A DNA stretch of 64,000 nt from Synergistaceae bacterium (GCA_012517195.1 JAAYVK010000064.1:1460-65459); one strand, 5' to 3'; shown: positions 18,781 through 29,350, counted from the first letter of the stretch. Program-made: numbers and translations. Notes: generated by a model from the letters alone, not told the origin.

Positions 18781-20209
18781 CGGGAACGGGCTCTTGCTGT
18801 TCGAGGCGGCTCATCAGCAGTTCGCAGGCTGAATTGACGTTGCCGGCGCCCAGCGTAAGGATCAGGTCGTCAGGCCGGGCCTCTCTGCCGATCCGTTCGA
18901 CGGCTTCTGCGATGTCCACGCACATCGTTACCTGACGGGAGCCTTTTTCGATCATCGCCTGCACGATGAGATCCGAGGAAACTCCCGGGATCGGCTGTTC
19001 GTCCGCTGGATAGATGGGGAGGAGAAAAAGCCGGTCCGCCTGGTTCAAAGCGTCTGCAAAGTCCCTGTACAAGGCGGCGGTCCGGGTGTACCGGTGCGGC
19101 TGGAACAAAGTAACCAGGCGGCGGCCCGGGAAAATCGACCGGACGGCTCGAAGGGTAGCAGAGACTTCTCTCGGATGATGCCCGTAATCGTCATAGAGAT
19201 CAACTTCTCCCACGGAACCCATGTACTGCAGCCGGCGTTTTGCACCCTTGAAGGCTTTGAGGGCTTCACAGGCCGTCTCGAAGGGAACGTTCATGCAGGA
19301 GCAGGCAGCACAGGCTGCCAGGGCGTTCAACACGTTGTGTTCTCCGGAGACCTTCAGGGTCATGGCTCCTTTCAGACGGCCCCGGTGCAGGACGTTGAAA
19401 GACACTCCGCCCCCCCGAACATGGTTGACGTCCACGGCTCCCCAATCCCACCCGGAACCCCAGCCATAGGTCGTAAGAGAGCCGTCGAGCCCGGAAGCGC
19501 GGTTCTGCTCGATCAGCCTCGCTGCGCCCGGATCCTCGCCGCAGATGATAACGGATGATTCCTTCTTCCGGTTGTTGATGAAGCGGTTGAACGCCCTTTC
19601 GACATCTTCCCTCGTGCGGTAGTGGTCAACGTGGTCCCAGTCCACGTTGGTGATGACCGAAACATTTGTCCGGAAAAGCTCGAAGGAACCGTCGCTCTCG
19701 TCCAGTTCTGCAACCATGGGAAGCCCGGCTCCCAGCCTTGCATTGGCGCCGATATCGCAGACTTCCCCGCCGATGGCCACCGTGGGTTTCAAACCGGCCC
19801 TATCGAGGATCAGGGCGGTCATGGAGGAAGTGGTCGTCTTTCCGTGAGTCCCCGCGATTCCGACCCCGAAGCGTTCGTTGAAAAGAGCGCTGAGAACCTC
19901 TGCCCGCCTCGCGATGAGGATTCCCCTCCTGCCGGCTTCGATCAGCTCCTCGTTTCGATCGGGAATTGCACTGCTGTAAATGAGGAGATCCGGCCGGTAA
20001 CGATCCAGGTGAGCGGGGTCGTGCCCGAGCACGCAATCCACTTTGCGGGCCAGCAGTTTCTCCATGTAGTAGGAATGAGCCATATCACACCCTGAAACCT
20101 CGAATCCGAGTTCGGAAAGAAGCGCGGCCAGTCCGCTCATTCCAGAACCGCCAATTCCAAGCAGGTGGACATTCCTGATCCGGTCATGGCTCAGTTTGAG
20201 TCCATCCAT
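18758..20209 (-). CDS. murC: UDP-N-acetylmuramate--L-alanine ligase
   Basis: HLLGIGGSGMSGLA and GTHGKTTTS Mur ligase motifs. Confidence 0.93.
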   Translation of the reverse strand: MDGLKLSHDRIRNVHLLGIGGSGMSGLAALLSELGFEVSGCDMAHSYYMEKLLARKVDCVLGHDPAHLDRYRPDLLIYSSAIPDRNEELIEAGRRGILIARRAEVLSALFNERFGVGIAGTHGKTTTSSMTALILDRAGLKPTVAIGGEVCDIGANARLGAGLPMVAELDESDGSFELFRTNVSVITNVDWDHVDHYRTREDVERAFNRFINNRKKESSVIICGEDPGAARLIEQNRASGLDGSLTTYGWGSGWDWGAVDVNHVRGGGVSFNVLHRGRLKGAMTLKVSGEHNVLNALAACAACSCMNVPFETACEALKAFKGAKRRLQYMGSVGEVDLYDDYGHHPREVSATLRAVRSIFPGRRLVTLFQPHRYTRTAALYRDFADALNQADRLFLLPIYPADEQPIPGVSSDLIVQAMIEKGSRQVTMCVDIAEAVERIGREARPDDLILTLGAGNVNSACELLMSRLEQQEPVPDAMACSA

Positions 20210-21303
20210 GTTCCGTCTCTCCCTTCAAGAGTCCTGAGGATTTCCCTAAGAAAGCTCCGATTGATCCGCTCCGCCGCGACTCCCGGGTCCGGGGAACATC
20301 CGTCACCCCATGACCCCATCGACCCCAGCTGATGAAGCTTGGAAACAAACTCCGTCCTGCCCTCCAGCACCTCATCCCAGACAAGCCCCTGCCCGTTTTC
20401 GCAAAACACCCTTGCGTTGGCGGACTGGTGGTCGTCCCGGGAATCCGGCCAGGGAACAACCAGGGCCGGAATCGACCAGGCGCGCAGCTCGGATAAGGTT
20501 GAAGCCCCTCCCCGGACAATGGCAACATCCGCCAGGGAGTAGAGCGTTTCCATATCCCAGCGACGCGGTATCCCCCAGACTCTTTCCGACAGGTGATTAT
20601 CCCCTTTTCCCTGTCCCATGACAAGGAAATTCCATTCCCCAAAATCGGCATCCCTGGAAATTTCTTTCACTCTTTCCACGAGAGACCGGCTCCCCAGTGA
20701 CCCGCCGAGCACGAGGCAGTTTTTCCCCCCGGGGAAATCACCCAAGTTTAGTTTATTCCAAGCTTCCCGGCGAGGCAAACGTCTCATGGCCCGGATCGGG
20801 GTTCCCACCTCGACATACCGCGAAAGGCCGAAAGGGTGGCAGATTCGCCAGCCCGTTAAAAGCTTTGCCCCCAGGCGGACTCCCATTCGCGTGACGCGCC
20901 CGGCTACGGCATTCTGCTCGTGGATGACAAGAGGGGTCCCGAAAAGCTTTCCCGCCACAAGCGCAGGGAAGGAAACATAGCCCCCGAACAGGATGCAGGC
21001 CGACGGAGGCCGATTCCTGAACAAGCGGACCATTTCCCCGAGCGCCTTCATAACCTGGAGCCACCGGTTTGCCGCGGTCCTTCCCCGCGCTCCGACGGGG
21101 GATCCCTCAAAGGACAGAAAAACCGCATCCAATCCCGAACTCCCGTAGATTTCCCGTTCCAGGGGCCGGTTTCCGGCTACATGGACGATCTCCAGGTCCT
21201 CCACGGTTTCGGACAACCAGCGGCCAAAGGCAACTGCTGGGCAGATATGTCCGCCCGTCCCGCCCGCCACCAGGTAAAGACGCTTCAGCCCGCCCGCCTG
21301 CAT
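20191..21303 (-). CDS. murG: undecaprenyldiphospho-muramoylpentapeptide beta-N-acetylglucosaminyltransferase
   Basis: AGGTGGHICPA N-terminal motif. Size and dcw position. Confidence 0.9.
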   Translation of the reverse strand: MQAGGLKRLYLVAGGTGGHICPAVAFGRWLSETVEDLEIVHVAGNRPLEREIYGSSGLDAVFLSFEGSPVGARGRTAANRWLQVMKALGEMVRLFRNRPPSACILFGGYVSFPALVAGKLFGTPLVIHEQNAVAGRVTRMGVRLGAKLLTGWRICHPFGLSRYVEVGTPIRAMRRLPRREAWNKLNLGDFPGGKNCLVLGGSLGSRSLVERVKEISRDADFGEWNFLVMGQGKGDNHLSERVWGIPRRWDMETLYSLADVAIVRGGASTLSELRAWSIPALVVPWPDSRDDHQSANARVFCENGQGLVWDEVLEGRTEFVSKLHQLGSMGSWGDGCSPDPGVAAERINRSFLREILRTLEGRDGTWMDSN

Positions 21304-22421
21304 CGGCTAAGCCTCAGGAGAAGTCCCACCCGCGCCCACATCATGACGATGGAACTCCCTCCGTAACTCAGAAAGGGCAGAGGCATTCCCGTAAGGGGGA
21401 TCAGCTTGGTCACACCCGCCACGTTGATGGCCATCTGGCAAAATACGTTCAGGCAGAGGCCCCAGACGAGACAGGCCTCAAACGTCCCCTCCAGCCGCCG
21501 GTAGTGAATGAACAATCGATAGAACCAGCAGCCGAAAAGTGCAAGAACACTGAGCGTTCCTGCCAGTCCCAGTTCTTCGCCGATCGCCGCCAGGATAAAG
21601 TCTGTATGGGACGCAGGAAGATACTTGAGTTTCTGAAGCCCTTGTCCGAGGCCCATTCCCCAGACCCCTCCGTTCGCAAACGCGACCAGCCCCTGAATGG
21701 CCTGGAAACCGCTCCCGAGGGGATCGGCCCAGGGATCGAGGAATGCTTTCAAGCGCCTCAGGCGGTAGCCGTGGGTGAAAATGAACGGGAATCCAAGCCC
21801 CGCCAGCCCTCCGCCGAGTGCCAGGGGTAGAGTCCAGCCATAAAGCGGGATGTAGATCCCCATCGCCAGGACGAAGACGAGAATCGTGCTTCCCATGTCC
21901 GGCTGGAGGAGGAGCGGGACGGCGGAAATCCCCCACAAAATCCCGGCTTTGACCAGGGCACCGATTCGAGTTTCCCGATCCCTGGATTCGAAGAGCTTTC
22001 GGCTGGCGTGGATCGTGAAGGCAAGAAAGAGGATATCGGCCGCCTGGACCGTTACCACCCCAAGATTGACCCAGCGCCTTGCCCCTCCGGCCGTCACTCC
22101 AGTGACCGGGAAAAGGGGCAAAAAGCAGAACACGACGGCGGCGAGCCAGAAAAAACCGCTCCATTTCCTCCACGCCTGCACCGGAATCGAATAGGAAGCA
22201 AGCATGGCGATCATGCCGACAAGGATCCAGACCGCCTGTTTCACCCCCAGCGCCTGCGGACTGCCAAATCGCGCCATCGCGATCGGGCTAGAGGAAGAAC
22301 TGATCATGATGACCCCTATCCCGCTCAGGAGGAGCGGGATCAGCCACAAAAGAGGGTCGGCCACGCCGTCGTCCCGGACGAAGGCGGTTTGGGGATCAGT
22401 TCCCTTCTGAAGGTTCACCAA
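21285..22421 (-). CDS. ftsW: SEDS-family peptidoglycan polymerase FtsW
   Basis: ~10 TM segments, with the PDMGS and SYGGSS motifs typical of FtsW/RodA/SpoVE. dcw position. Confidence 0.9.
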   Translation of the reverse strand: MVNLQKGTDPQTAFVRDDGVADPLLWLIPLLLSGIGVIMISSSSSPIAMARFGSPQALGVKQAVWILVGMIAMLASYSIPVQAWRKWSGFFWLAAVVFCFLPLFPVTGVTAGGARRWVNLGVVTVQAADILFLAFTIHASRKLFESRDRETRIGALVKAGILWGISAVPLLLQPDMGSTILVFVLAMGIYIPLYGWTLPLALGGGLAGLGFPFIFTHGYRLRRLKAFLDPWADPLGSGFQAIQGLVAFANGGVWGMGLGQGLQKLKYLPASHTDFILAAIGEELGLAGTLSVLALFGCWFYRLFIHYRRLEGTFEACLVWGLCLNVFCQMAINVAGVTKLIPLTGMPLPFLSYGGSSIVMMWARVGLLLRLSRCRRAG

Positions 22422-23784
22422 GCCCTTTTCCCTCCCGGATCCCTAGAACCAGCCGTTGAAAGTGCTTGCCTCTCTCCTTGTAGTTTGGATACGCATCCCA
22501 GCTTGTGCAGGCCGGAGAGAGCAGCACCGTTTCCCCTGGCAGAGCCTCCCGATAAGCCGCGGCCACCGCCTCTTCCATGTCTTGGACCTTCCGGATTCCC
22601 TCAAACCCGGCAAATTCCAGGGCGTCACAGATCTTGTCGCGTTCGGTTCCCATAACCAGGGCAATTCTCGCATGCCTCTTGACCGCCTGGGCAAGCGGGG
22701 TGTAATCCTCCCCTTTCCCCTGTCCCCCCAGGATAACGATCTTGACCCCGGGAAGGGACCCGAGAGCCGTTACGGAAGCCGCAACGTTGGTTCCTTTCGA
22801 ATCGTCGACATACCGGACACCGTTGATTGTGGCAACCGCTTCACATCGGTGAGGCAAAGCCGAAAAACTTTCAAGAAGGGGTTCTGCAGCGCTTGCATCG
22901 AAGCCCAGGGCCTCGAGCGCCGCCATCGCCATGGCTGCGTTCTCGAGGTTGTGCCTCCCGAGCAGCGGCAGGCGGTCAAAGGAGAAAAGGCGCTTGGGGC
23001 CTGTTTCCCTCCAGAGGACCGCCTCCCTCTCTCCAATCTCGATCCTTCCTTCTGTTGGGAAATCTTCGTTTGCGCCGAGGGCGATTTTCCGGACAGCGTC
23101 AAATTCCTGGAAGAAGTGGAGGTCACGCCCCTGCAGGATCGCCCAGCTTTCCGCCTTCTGCATCCGAAGCAGGTTCGCCTTTGCAGCGACATAGTTTTCG
23201 TAGGAACCGTGCCAGTCGATGTGATCGGGATCAAGGTTCGTCACGATCGCGACATCCACGGGAAGCCGATTGGCCCAGAACAGCTGAAAGCTGCTCAATT
23301 CCATCACGAGAACATCCAGGGGAAGATCGGCGTAATCAGCCAGCGGGCTTCCGATATTCCCGACTGCAGCCGCCTTCATCCCCATTCGCTGAAGCAAATG
23401 GCCGAGAAGTGCGGTCGTCGTTGACTTCCCGTTGCTGCCGGTGACTCCCACCCGTTTCCCCTTGAGGTACGGAGCTACAAAATCCAGTTCCCCGACCAGA
23501 GGGATTCCCCTTTTCCTGGCCTCCTGGACGGGGACGGCAGTTGGGGCAACCCCTGAACTGAGGACGATCAGGTCTGACTCCCAAAGCCTTGGACCGTGCT
23601 CTTCGAACTCGAAAGCGATCCCCATCGATTCCAGCTTCCTTGCGGCATTTTCCCGAAAGGCCCCGCTGTCGGAAACAAAAACCCGGGCTTTCTTCCGCTT
23701 TGCCAGAGAAGCCAGCGAGAGGCCGCTAACCCCTGAACCCACGATGCCGATTCGGATCCCTTCAATGGACGCATTGTTCTGCAT
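22396..23784 (-). CDS. murD: UDP-N-acetylmuramoylalanine--D-glutamate ligase
   Basis: GSGVSG N-terminal Rossmann motif and GSNGKSTTT P-loop. Confidence 0.92.
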   Translation of the reverse strand: MQNNASIEGIRIGIVGSGVSGLSLASLAKRKKARVFVSDSGAFRENAARKLESMGIAFEFEEHGPRLWESDLIVLSSGVAPTAVPVQEARKRGIPLVGELDFVAPYLKGKRVGVTGSNGKSTTTALLGHLLQRMGMKAAAVGNIGSPLADYADLPLDVLVMELSSFQLFWANRLPVDVAIVTNLDPDHIDWHGSYENYVAAKANLLRMQKAESWAILQGRDLHFFQEFDAVRKIALGANEDFPTEGRIEIGEREAVLWRETGPKRLFSFDRLPLLGRHNLENAAMAMAALEALGFDASAAEPLLESFSALPHRCEAVATINGVRYVDDSKGTNVAASVTALGSLPGVKIVILGGQGKGEDYTPLAQAVKRHARIALVMGTERDKICDALEFAGFEGIRKVQDMEEAVAAAYREALPGETVLLSPACTSWDAYPNYKERGKHFQRLVLGIREGKGLGEPSEGN

Positions 23785-23788
23785 CTGA

Positions 23789-24760
23789 TTACCCCCAGGC
23801 TTCTATGGCCTTCTTCAAGAAGAACCCGGTCGCGATCATTCCCGCAGCGTGAATCAGCCAGAATCGGGTGACCACCTGCGTCTCATGCCATCCCAAGAGC
23901 TCGAAATGATGGTGGAGCGGGCTCATCCTGAATACCTTTTTCCCGAATCCCCGTATGGCGACAATCTGAATCGCAACGCTGGCGATCTCGACTCCGAAAA
24001 GAAAACCGAAGGGGACCAGCAGCATCAGCCCGCCGCCTGAAACACACAGACTGACCAGAAGTCCTCCGAGAAAGTGGGATCCGCAGTCTCCCATGAACAC
24101 TCTTGCCGGATGTGCATTGTGCCACAAAAACCCGGCGCAGATTCCCGCTCCCACAAGGGGGACTATCCCGAACACCCCGGACCCGGCGAGAGAAAGAAGG
24201 GCCAGTCCCGCGAAACTGAGCCCCGAAGCTCCCGCGGCCAGTCCATCCAGTCCGTCGGTTACATTTACGGCATTCATCATTCCTACGCTGAAAAAGCTCA
24301 AAAGCGCGATAGCGGGGATCAGGCCAAGTGAAATTCCCGGGAACAGTTCCGCCCGGTTCACGAGAAGGACGTAGGCACTCCAGGGGAGAGCGACAAGGAT
24401 CTGAAGGGTAAGCTTTTCCAGCGATTTCAGGCCCTCGCTCGAACGTTTCGAGAACTTGAGCCAGTCATCCGTGAACCCTACGGCAAAAGCTCCCAGGGGC
24501 AGTCCCAGCAGGCCTGGGACTGCTTCCCAGGAAAGGTTCCCGAACGCGACGAGGCAGAGGCTGAAGACGATCGGGAAGACGACTCCTCCCATTGTCGGGG
24601 TTCCGCTTTTTTTCTCCACGTGAGTCGAGAGACCGTACGACTTCTCCACCTGCCGGACCTCCCACTTGCGAACCAGGCGGATCCACTGCCCTTCGAGAAC
24701 CCCCGTGAGAAATGCCGCGATTGCAGCAAGGCTCCATCCGGCAACAGCGTTCATGGGCAT
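23789..24760 (-). CDS. mraY: phospho-N-acetylmuramoyl-pentapeptide transferase
   Basis: Polytopic membrane protein with TPTMGG, NAVN.TDGLDGLA and PLHHH motifs. Confidence 0.95.
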   Translation of the reverse strand: MPMNAVAGWSLAAIAAFLTGVLEGQWIRLVRKWEVRQVEKSYGLSTHVEKKSGTPTMGGVVFPIVFSLCLVAFGNLSWEAVPGLLGLPLGAFAVGFTDDWLKFSKRSSEGLKSLEKLTLQILVALPWSAYVLLVNRAELFPGISLGLIPAIALLSFFSVGMMNAVNVTDGLDGLAAGASGLSFAGLALLSLAGSGVFGIVPLVGAGICAGFLWHNAHPARVFMGDCGSHFLGGLLVSLCVSGGGLMLLVPFGFLFGVEIASVAIQIVAIRGFGKKVFRMSPLHHHFELLGWHETQVVTRFWLIHAAGMIATGFFLKKAIEAWG

Positions 24761-26151
24761 GCCAGTCTTTCAACGACTTGTTCGAGTCCGTAGCTTCTCG
24801 AACCTTTGACCAGGACGGTATCTTCCTTGACGGCCAGCCCTTCCAGTAGGTCGGCTGCCTCTTTTGCATCCCTGACCCGCCATTGCTGCACTTTCGCTCC
24901 GGCAGGAGATTCGGTGATGTTTGCCCATTCTTCCCCGACAAGAACCACTCCATCCAGGAAGTCGATCATCCCGAAAATCTCGGAATGCAGTTTCCCGGAT
25001 TTCTCCCCGAGTTCCCTCATTCCTCCGAGCACGGCCAGCCGCCGCCCTGGAACGGCAAGCGACCGGAGGACCTCGAGGGCTGCCGCCACCGAGGAAGGAT
25101 TCGCGTTGTAGGATTCGTCAATGAGCAGGTGCACCCGGCCGTCGCGGATCCATTTTCCGCGGCCCCGAAGGGGCGCCATCCCGGAAATCCCTTTCAAAAG
25201 GGTCTCCATAGGAACACCCAGGGCCAATCCCGTCATAACGGCAAATCCGATGTTGATGGCGTGATGGGTGCCTTTGAGCAGGGATTGGCAAACCCAACTC
25301 TGCCCCCCGTAGGACAACCCGACTTGAAGGTTCCCCCTCTCAAACACGGTGTCTGTCCCCGTCAAAAGCAGGGCGCTTCCCTTGCGGTAACCTACGCCTG
25401 CAATTCGAAACGGCCGCTGCGTCCCTTCAATGGCCTGGCTGAGCTTCGGGTCGTCCGCATTGTAGATGAGCAGGTCCAGGCCTTCCCGCGGGATGATTTC
25501 CAGTTTTGCCGAAAGGACCCCTTCCAGGTCCCCCAGCCCTTCGAGGTGGACCGGGGCAACAGCCGTGATCACGGCGATAGTGGGGGGGAAATGCTCCACG
25601 ATGCTGCGGATTTCTCCTGGGTGGTTCGTCCCCATCTCCAGCACAAGCACTTCCGTACATGGAGGCATGGCGAGAACGGTCATCGCACAGCCGATCCTCG
25701 TATTGTGGCTTCTTTTGGCTGAATGGACCCGAAAGACCGGCTCAAGAGCGGATCGAATCAATTCACGGGTCGTCGTCTTCCCCACACTTCCGGTCACCGC
25801 GATTTTCACCTTTGGGGAAACCTCCTGGAGATATCCTTCCGCGATCCGCACCAGTGCGTTTTCTGCATCTTCCACCACCAGGCAGGAAGCCCCGCCCTCC
25901 AGGATCCTTTTTTCCCACGGGGCAATCCCTTCGGCCGTTCCAATTACAAGCCCGGCACCATTGTCAAGGGCGGCCCCCACGAAGCGGTGACCGTCCGCGT
26001 GCTCCCCGGGAAGCGCGACAAACCCGTCTCCAGGGCGAACTTCCCGGCTGTCCGGCCAAATGTTCCCGGGAAGCGGGATTTCCGGCCCCTTCACGATTCC
26101 GTCACAATACGCAGCCGCTTCCGAGAGGCGAAGCCTTTTTTTATTCATCAT
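24751..26151 (-). CDS. murF: UDP-N-acetylmuramoyl-tripeptide--D-alanyl-D-alanine ligase
   Basis: TGSVGKTTT P-loop. Mur ligase architecture. Confidence 0.9.
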   Translation of the reverse strand: MMNKKRLRLSEAAAYCDGIVKGPEIPLPGNIWPDSREVRPGDGFVALPGEHADGHRFVGAALDNGAGLVIGTAEGIAPWEKRILEGGASCLVVEDAENALVRIAEGYLQEVSPKVKIAVTGSVGKTTTRELIRSALEPVFRVHSAKRSHNTRIGCAMTVLAMPPCTEVLVLEMGTNHPGEIRSIVEHFPPTIAVITAVAPVHLEGLGDLEGVLSAKLEIIPREGLDLLIYNADDPKLSQAIEGTQRPFRIAGVGYRKGSALLLTGTDTVFERGNLQVGLSYGGQSWVCQSLLKGTHHAINIGFAVMTGLALGVPMETLLKGISGMAPLRGRGKWIRDGRVHLLIDESYNANPSSVAAALEVLRSLAVPGRRLAVLGGMRELGEKSGKLHSEIFGMIDFLDGVVLVGEEWANITESPAGAKVQQWRVRDAKEAADLLEGLAVKEDTVLVKGSRSYGLEQVVERLACP

Positions 26152-27661
26152 GGGGAAACTCCAATCCTCTGGTCTTTGCCCAGTTCATCACCGTTTCCCT
26201 GTCGCTGTAAGGCAGGGTCTTGTCCTTGATGATGATGTACGGTTCCGGCCCCTTTCCTGAAACAAGGACGACATCTCCCGCTCGGGCATGGTCGAGAGCG
26301 TAGTGAATCGCTTCCGGCCGGTCGAGAATGACCCGGTGGGTTTTCAGCCTCCGGCCTTGTTTCAGTCCCGCCTCGATTTGCCTTGCGATTTCCGCCGGGT
26401 CCTCGCTACGGGGGTTGTCCATCGTGATGACGAGTTCGTCAGCGAACTCCGATGCCACCTCCCCCATCAGGGGACGGTTCGGGGCGTAGCGGTCCCCCCC
26501 CATTCCGAACACGGACCAGATTTTCCCTTGTACCACCTCACCGAGGGTTTGCAACACGTTGCGAAGAGCGTCCGGGCTATGGGCATAATCGATGATGCAG
26601 CACACTCCGTTTTCAAAAAGGTATCGTTCCAGGCGCCCCGGGACCTGGGGAGCCCTTTCCAGTCCCAGGCGGATGGCCTCTTCCGGCAAGCCTAGCCCGA
26701 AAGCGATCGTCGCGGAGGCAAGGATGTTGTAGATGTTGTACTGTCCGGTCAGCGGGATCTTCCAGTCACGGCAAACGTTCCCGGAGGGGAAGCGCACATC
26801 GAGCCGAATCCCTTCCAGGTCCATCGAACGGATCCGGGCACGGACGGTTTGCCTGCCGCGAGTGACCAGCCCGTAGGGAATGACATTTTCGGGAAACTCC
26901 TCTATCAGCCGCCTCCCGTAAGGATCGTCCGCATTCGCGGCCCCGGACCATTCCCCCCGCGTATATTCTCGAAAGAGTTTTCGCTTGGCCTGGAAATAGG
27001 TTTCCATTTCCCCATGGTAATCCAGGTGTTCGGGAGTCAGGTTCGTGAATCCAACCGCATCGAACCGGCAACCTTCGAGACGCCCCTGGACCAGCCCGTG
27101 GGAGGAGGCTTCCATCACGCAGGCCTGGCTGCCGTTTTGCACCATCCGCGAAAGCCATTCCTGGACCTCGACGCAATCCGGCGTAGTTCGTTCAGCCAGC
27201 GTTTCCTGGGTGCCGTCATGGTACACAATCGTCCCCAGAAGTCCTGTGGGGATTCCCGCCGTATTCAGGATCGAACGGACAAGGTAGGTCGTCGTGCTCT
27301 TGCCGTTGGTTCCCGTGATGGCGATCATTTTCAGTTTCTTGCCTGGGTATCCGTAAAAGTGCGCAGAAAGGGAGTTGACTGCCTTTCGCGCATCATCGAC
27401 GAGGATCTGCGGGAGATCCACGGCAAGAGGCCGCTCGCAGAGAATCGCGGCGGCCCCTTTCAAACGTGCTTCTTCGGCAAAATCATGACCATCGTGCCGT
27501 CCCCCCGGCAGGCAGCAGAAAAGGGATCCCGGGGTCACTTTCGCGGTATGATGAGCGATTCGTTCGATTTGAAGCTCATCGGCCGCGGAAACCGCTCCCC
27601 AGACTGCCGAGCAGAAGTGGCCTTCCTCATCAAGATGGGCAATGATTTCCCTGAAATCCAC
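26141..27661 (-). CDS. murE: UDP-N-acetylmuramoyl-L-alanyl-D-glutamate--2,6-diaminopimelate ligase (meso-DAP type)
   Basis: TGTNGKSTT P-loop. The DNPR motif (ITMDNPRSEDP) indicates DAP rather than Lys specificity. Confidence 0.93.
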   Translation of the reverse strand: MDFREIIAHLDEEGHFCSAVWGAVSAADELQIERIAHHTAKVTPGSLFCCLPGGRHDGHDFAEEARLKGAAAILCERPLAVDLPQILVDDARKAVNSLSAHFYGYPGKKLKMIAITGTNGKSTTTYLVRSILNTAGIPTGLLGTIVYHDGTQETLAERTTPDCVEVQEWLSRMVQNGSQACVMEASSHGLVQGRLEGCRFDAVGFTNLTPEHLDYHGEMETYFQAKRKLFREYTRGEWSGAANADDPYGRRLIEEFPENVIPYGLVTRGRQTVRARIRSMDLEGIRLDVRFPSGNVCRDWKIPLTGQYNIYNILASATIAFGLGLPEEAIRLGLERAPQVPGRLERYLFENGVCCIIDYAHSPDALRNVLQTLGEVVQGKIWSVFGMGGDRYAPNRPLMGEVASEFADELVITMDNPRSEDPAEIARQIEAGLKQGRRLKTHRVILDRPEAIHYALDHARAGDVVLVSGKGPEPYIIIKDKTLPYSDRETVMNWAKTRGLEFPHDE

Positions 27662-27691
27662 GGTTTACGACTCCCCCTCTTGGCAGATGAT

Positions 27692-29350
27692 CTATCGGGC
27701 GAGCAGAAGGTAATCCTCAAGAATCGCCCTGAAAGCAGGCGCGGCAATCGCTCCGCCAAGGTGCCCCTTCTGCGATGGTTCCCCGAGAACGACCAGCAGG
27801 ATATGGTCTGGGTCTTCCGCGGGCCAAAACCCGACGAAGGAGGCAACGAACCGCCCTCTTACATATTTGCCCCGCTCAGCGACTTGTGCGGTTCCAGTTT
27901 TGCCCCCCACCGCCACGTGAGGCGAGTTTGCGGCCTTCCCAGTCCCATTTGTGACCACGCGGCGCATCGCCGATCGAACCCAATCGCTGGTCTTCTTCGA
28001 GATGACAACATTCCTGACGCATTCCTCTCCGCGGTAGACCACATTCCCCTGTCCGTCCCTGGCTTCCTTTACGATGAACGGCCGGACGCACCGCCCTCCG
28101 TTGATCACGGCGGAAAGGGCTGCAACCAGCTGAAGGGGGGTTACGCCGATTCCCTGCCCAATCGCGATATTGGCCGGCACAACGCCTCTCCATTGCTCAG
28201 GGGTGCTGACCAGCCCCGCCTCCTCGCCCGGGAGTTCAATCCCGGCCGGATCGGAAAATCCCCACTGTTTCAGGTTGTCGTAGGCAAATCTCGGACGAAA
28301 ACGGATCCCGATCTGCGCCATCCCCACGTTGCAGCTATTGACGATCAGATCCTGCAGGATCTCGCTCCCGTGCGCCTTGATGTCCGTCACCGTTCCGTCG
28401 GCGATCCGGATTCGCCCGGCGCAGTGAAAGGTCTCGTTTTCCCTCACCAATCCCTGCTCCATGGCAGTCGCCATAATGACGGGCTTCAGGGTGGACCCGG
28501 GCTCATAGACTCTTCCGATGACGTTGTTCAACCTGACTGCCGGGTCGAGCAGCGTTTCTCTCCGATTCGGATCGAAGGTCGGCCAGGAAGCGGAGGCCAG
28601 GACGGCTCCGCTTTTCGGATCCATGCAGACCGCCGCGGCCCATTTCGGCCGGTATTCCTCCGTCGCCTCCTCAAGATGCTTTTCAACGACCATTTGAAGG
28701 ATCGGATCGATTGTCAGGATCAATTCTCCCGGTCCCTGAAGCTTCGGAGCTCTTTGGAGCGACAAAAGATCGATGCCCTGCCCCGCAGCGTCTCTTGCCA
28801 GGATCTTCACCTGGGGCGGCGAGTAAAGAATCTCCTGCCAGGATTGTTCAAGCCCGGCCAGCCCCTCGTCGTCGATATCGCAGAAACCGAGAACGTGAGC
28901 CAGCAGTTTCCCTTGGGGGTAAACCCGTTTCCTTTCCTTGATAGCGTAGATTCCTTTCAACTTCTTCGAAAGGAGGCGGGCAGCGGTCTCGGGCGGAATC
29001 TTCCTGGCAACCCACACGAAACGCCCCTTCATCGGCCTGGAGATCTTTTCAAGAACTTCAGGGGAAATCCGATCTCCCAGAATGTTTTTGACTTCGGCAG
29101 CATTTGCGGGATCCCAGTATAGGGGATCGATGAAAAGGCTGGTTGCTGGAACGGAAAGCGCAAGGGCGGAACCCCGGCTGTCGCGGATCACTCCCCGGCT
29201 TGTACTGATGGCAACCTGGGTCCAGTACTGGCTGTTCGCCTGCAGGACGGTTCTCGGATCAGGCCAGGCCTGAACAAACACAAGCCGTGCCGCCAAAAAA
29301 CCAAGGGCAAGAAAGAGCCAGGTCCAGACATTCCCAAACCGTCTAAACAG
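27692..29350 (-). CDS. ftsI: peptidoglycan D,D-transpeptidase FtsI (class B PBP)
   Basis: STLKP (SxxK), SCN (SxN) and KTGT motifs. The ORF track starts at TTG 29296, inside the TM helix. I extend to the in-frame CTG at 29350, giving MFRRFGNVWTWLFLALGFLAARLVF. The exact start is uncertain. Confidence 0.85.
   Translation of the reverse strand: MFRRFGNVWTWLFLALGFLAARLVFVQAWPDPRTVLQANSQYWTQVAISTSRGVIRDSRGSALALSVPATSLFIDPLYWDPANAAEVKNILGDRISPEVLEKISRPMKGRFVWVARKIPPETAARLLSKKLKGIYAIKERKRVYPQGKLLAHVLGFCDIDDEGLAGLEQSWQEILYSPPQVKILARDAAGQGIDLLSLQRAPKLQGPGELILTIDPILQMVVEKHLEEATEEYRPKWAAAVCMDPKSGAVLASASWPTFDPNRRETLLDPAVRLNNVIGRVYEPGSTLKPVIMATAMEQGLVRENETFHCAGRIRIADGTVTDIKAHGSEILQDLIVNSCNVGMAQIGIRFRPRFAYDNLKQWGFSDPAGIELPGEEAGLVSTPEQWRGVVPANIAIGQGIGVTPLQLVAALSAVINGGRCVRPFIVKEARDGQGNVVYRGEECVRNVVISKKTSDWVRSAMRRVVTNGTGKAANSPHVAVGGKTGTAQVAERGKYVRGRFVASFVGFWPAEDPDHILLVVLGEPSQKGHLGGAIAAPAFRAILEDYLLLAR

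Noticed and set aside
26849-29122. 757-aa plus-strand ORF antisense to murE and ftsI, the longest ORF on the plus strand
   Set aside because: The product is Arg/Pro/Gly/Ser-rich low-complexity sequence with no recognisable motif. The opposite strand encodes two proteins with unmistakable catalytic motifs. Long stop-free antisense frames are expected in GC-rich coding DNA.
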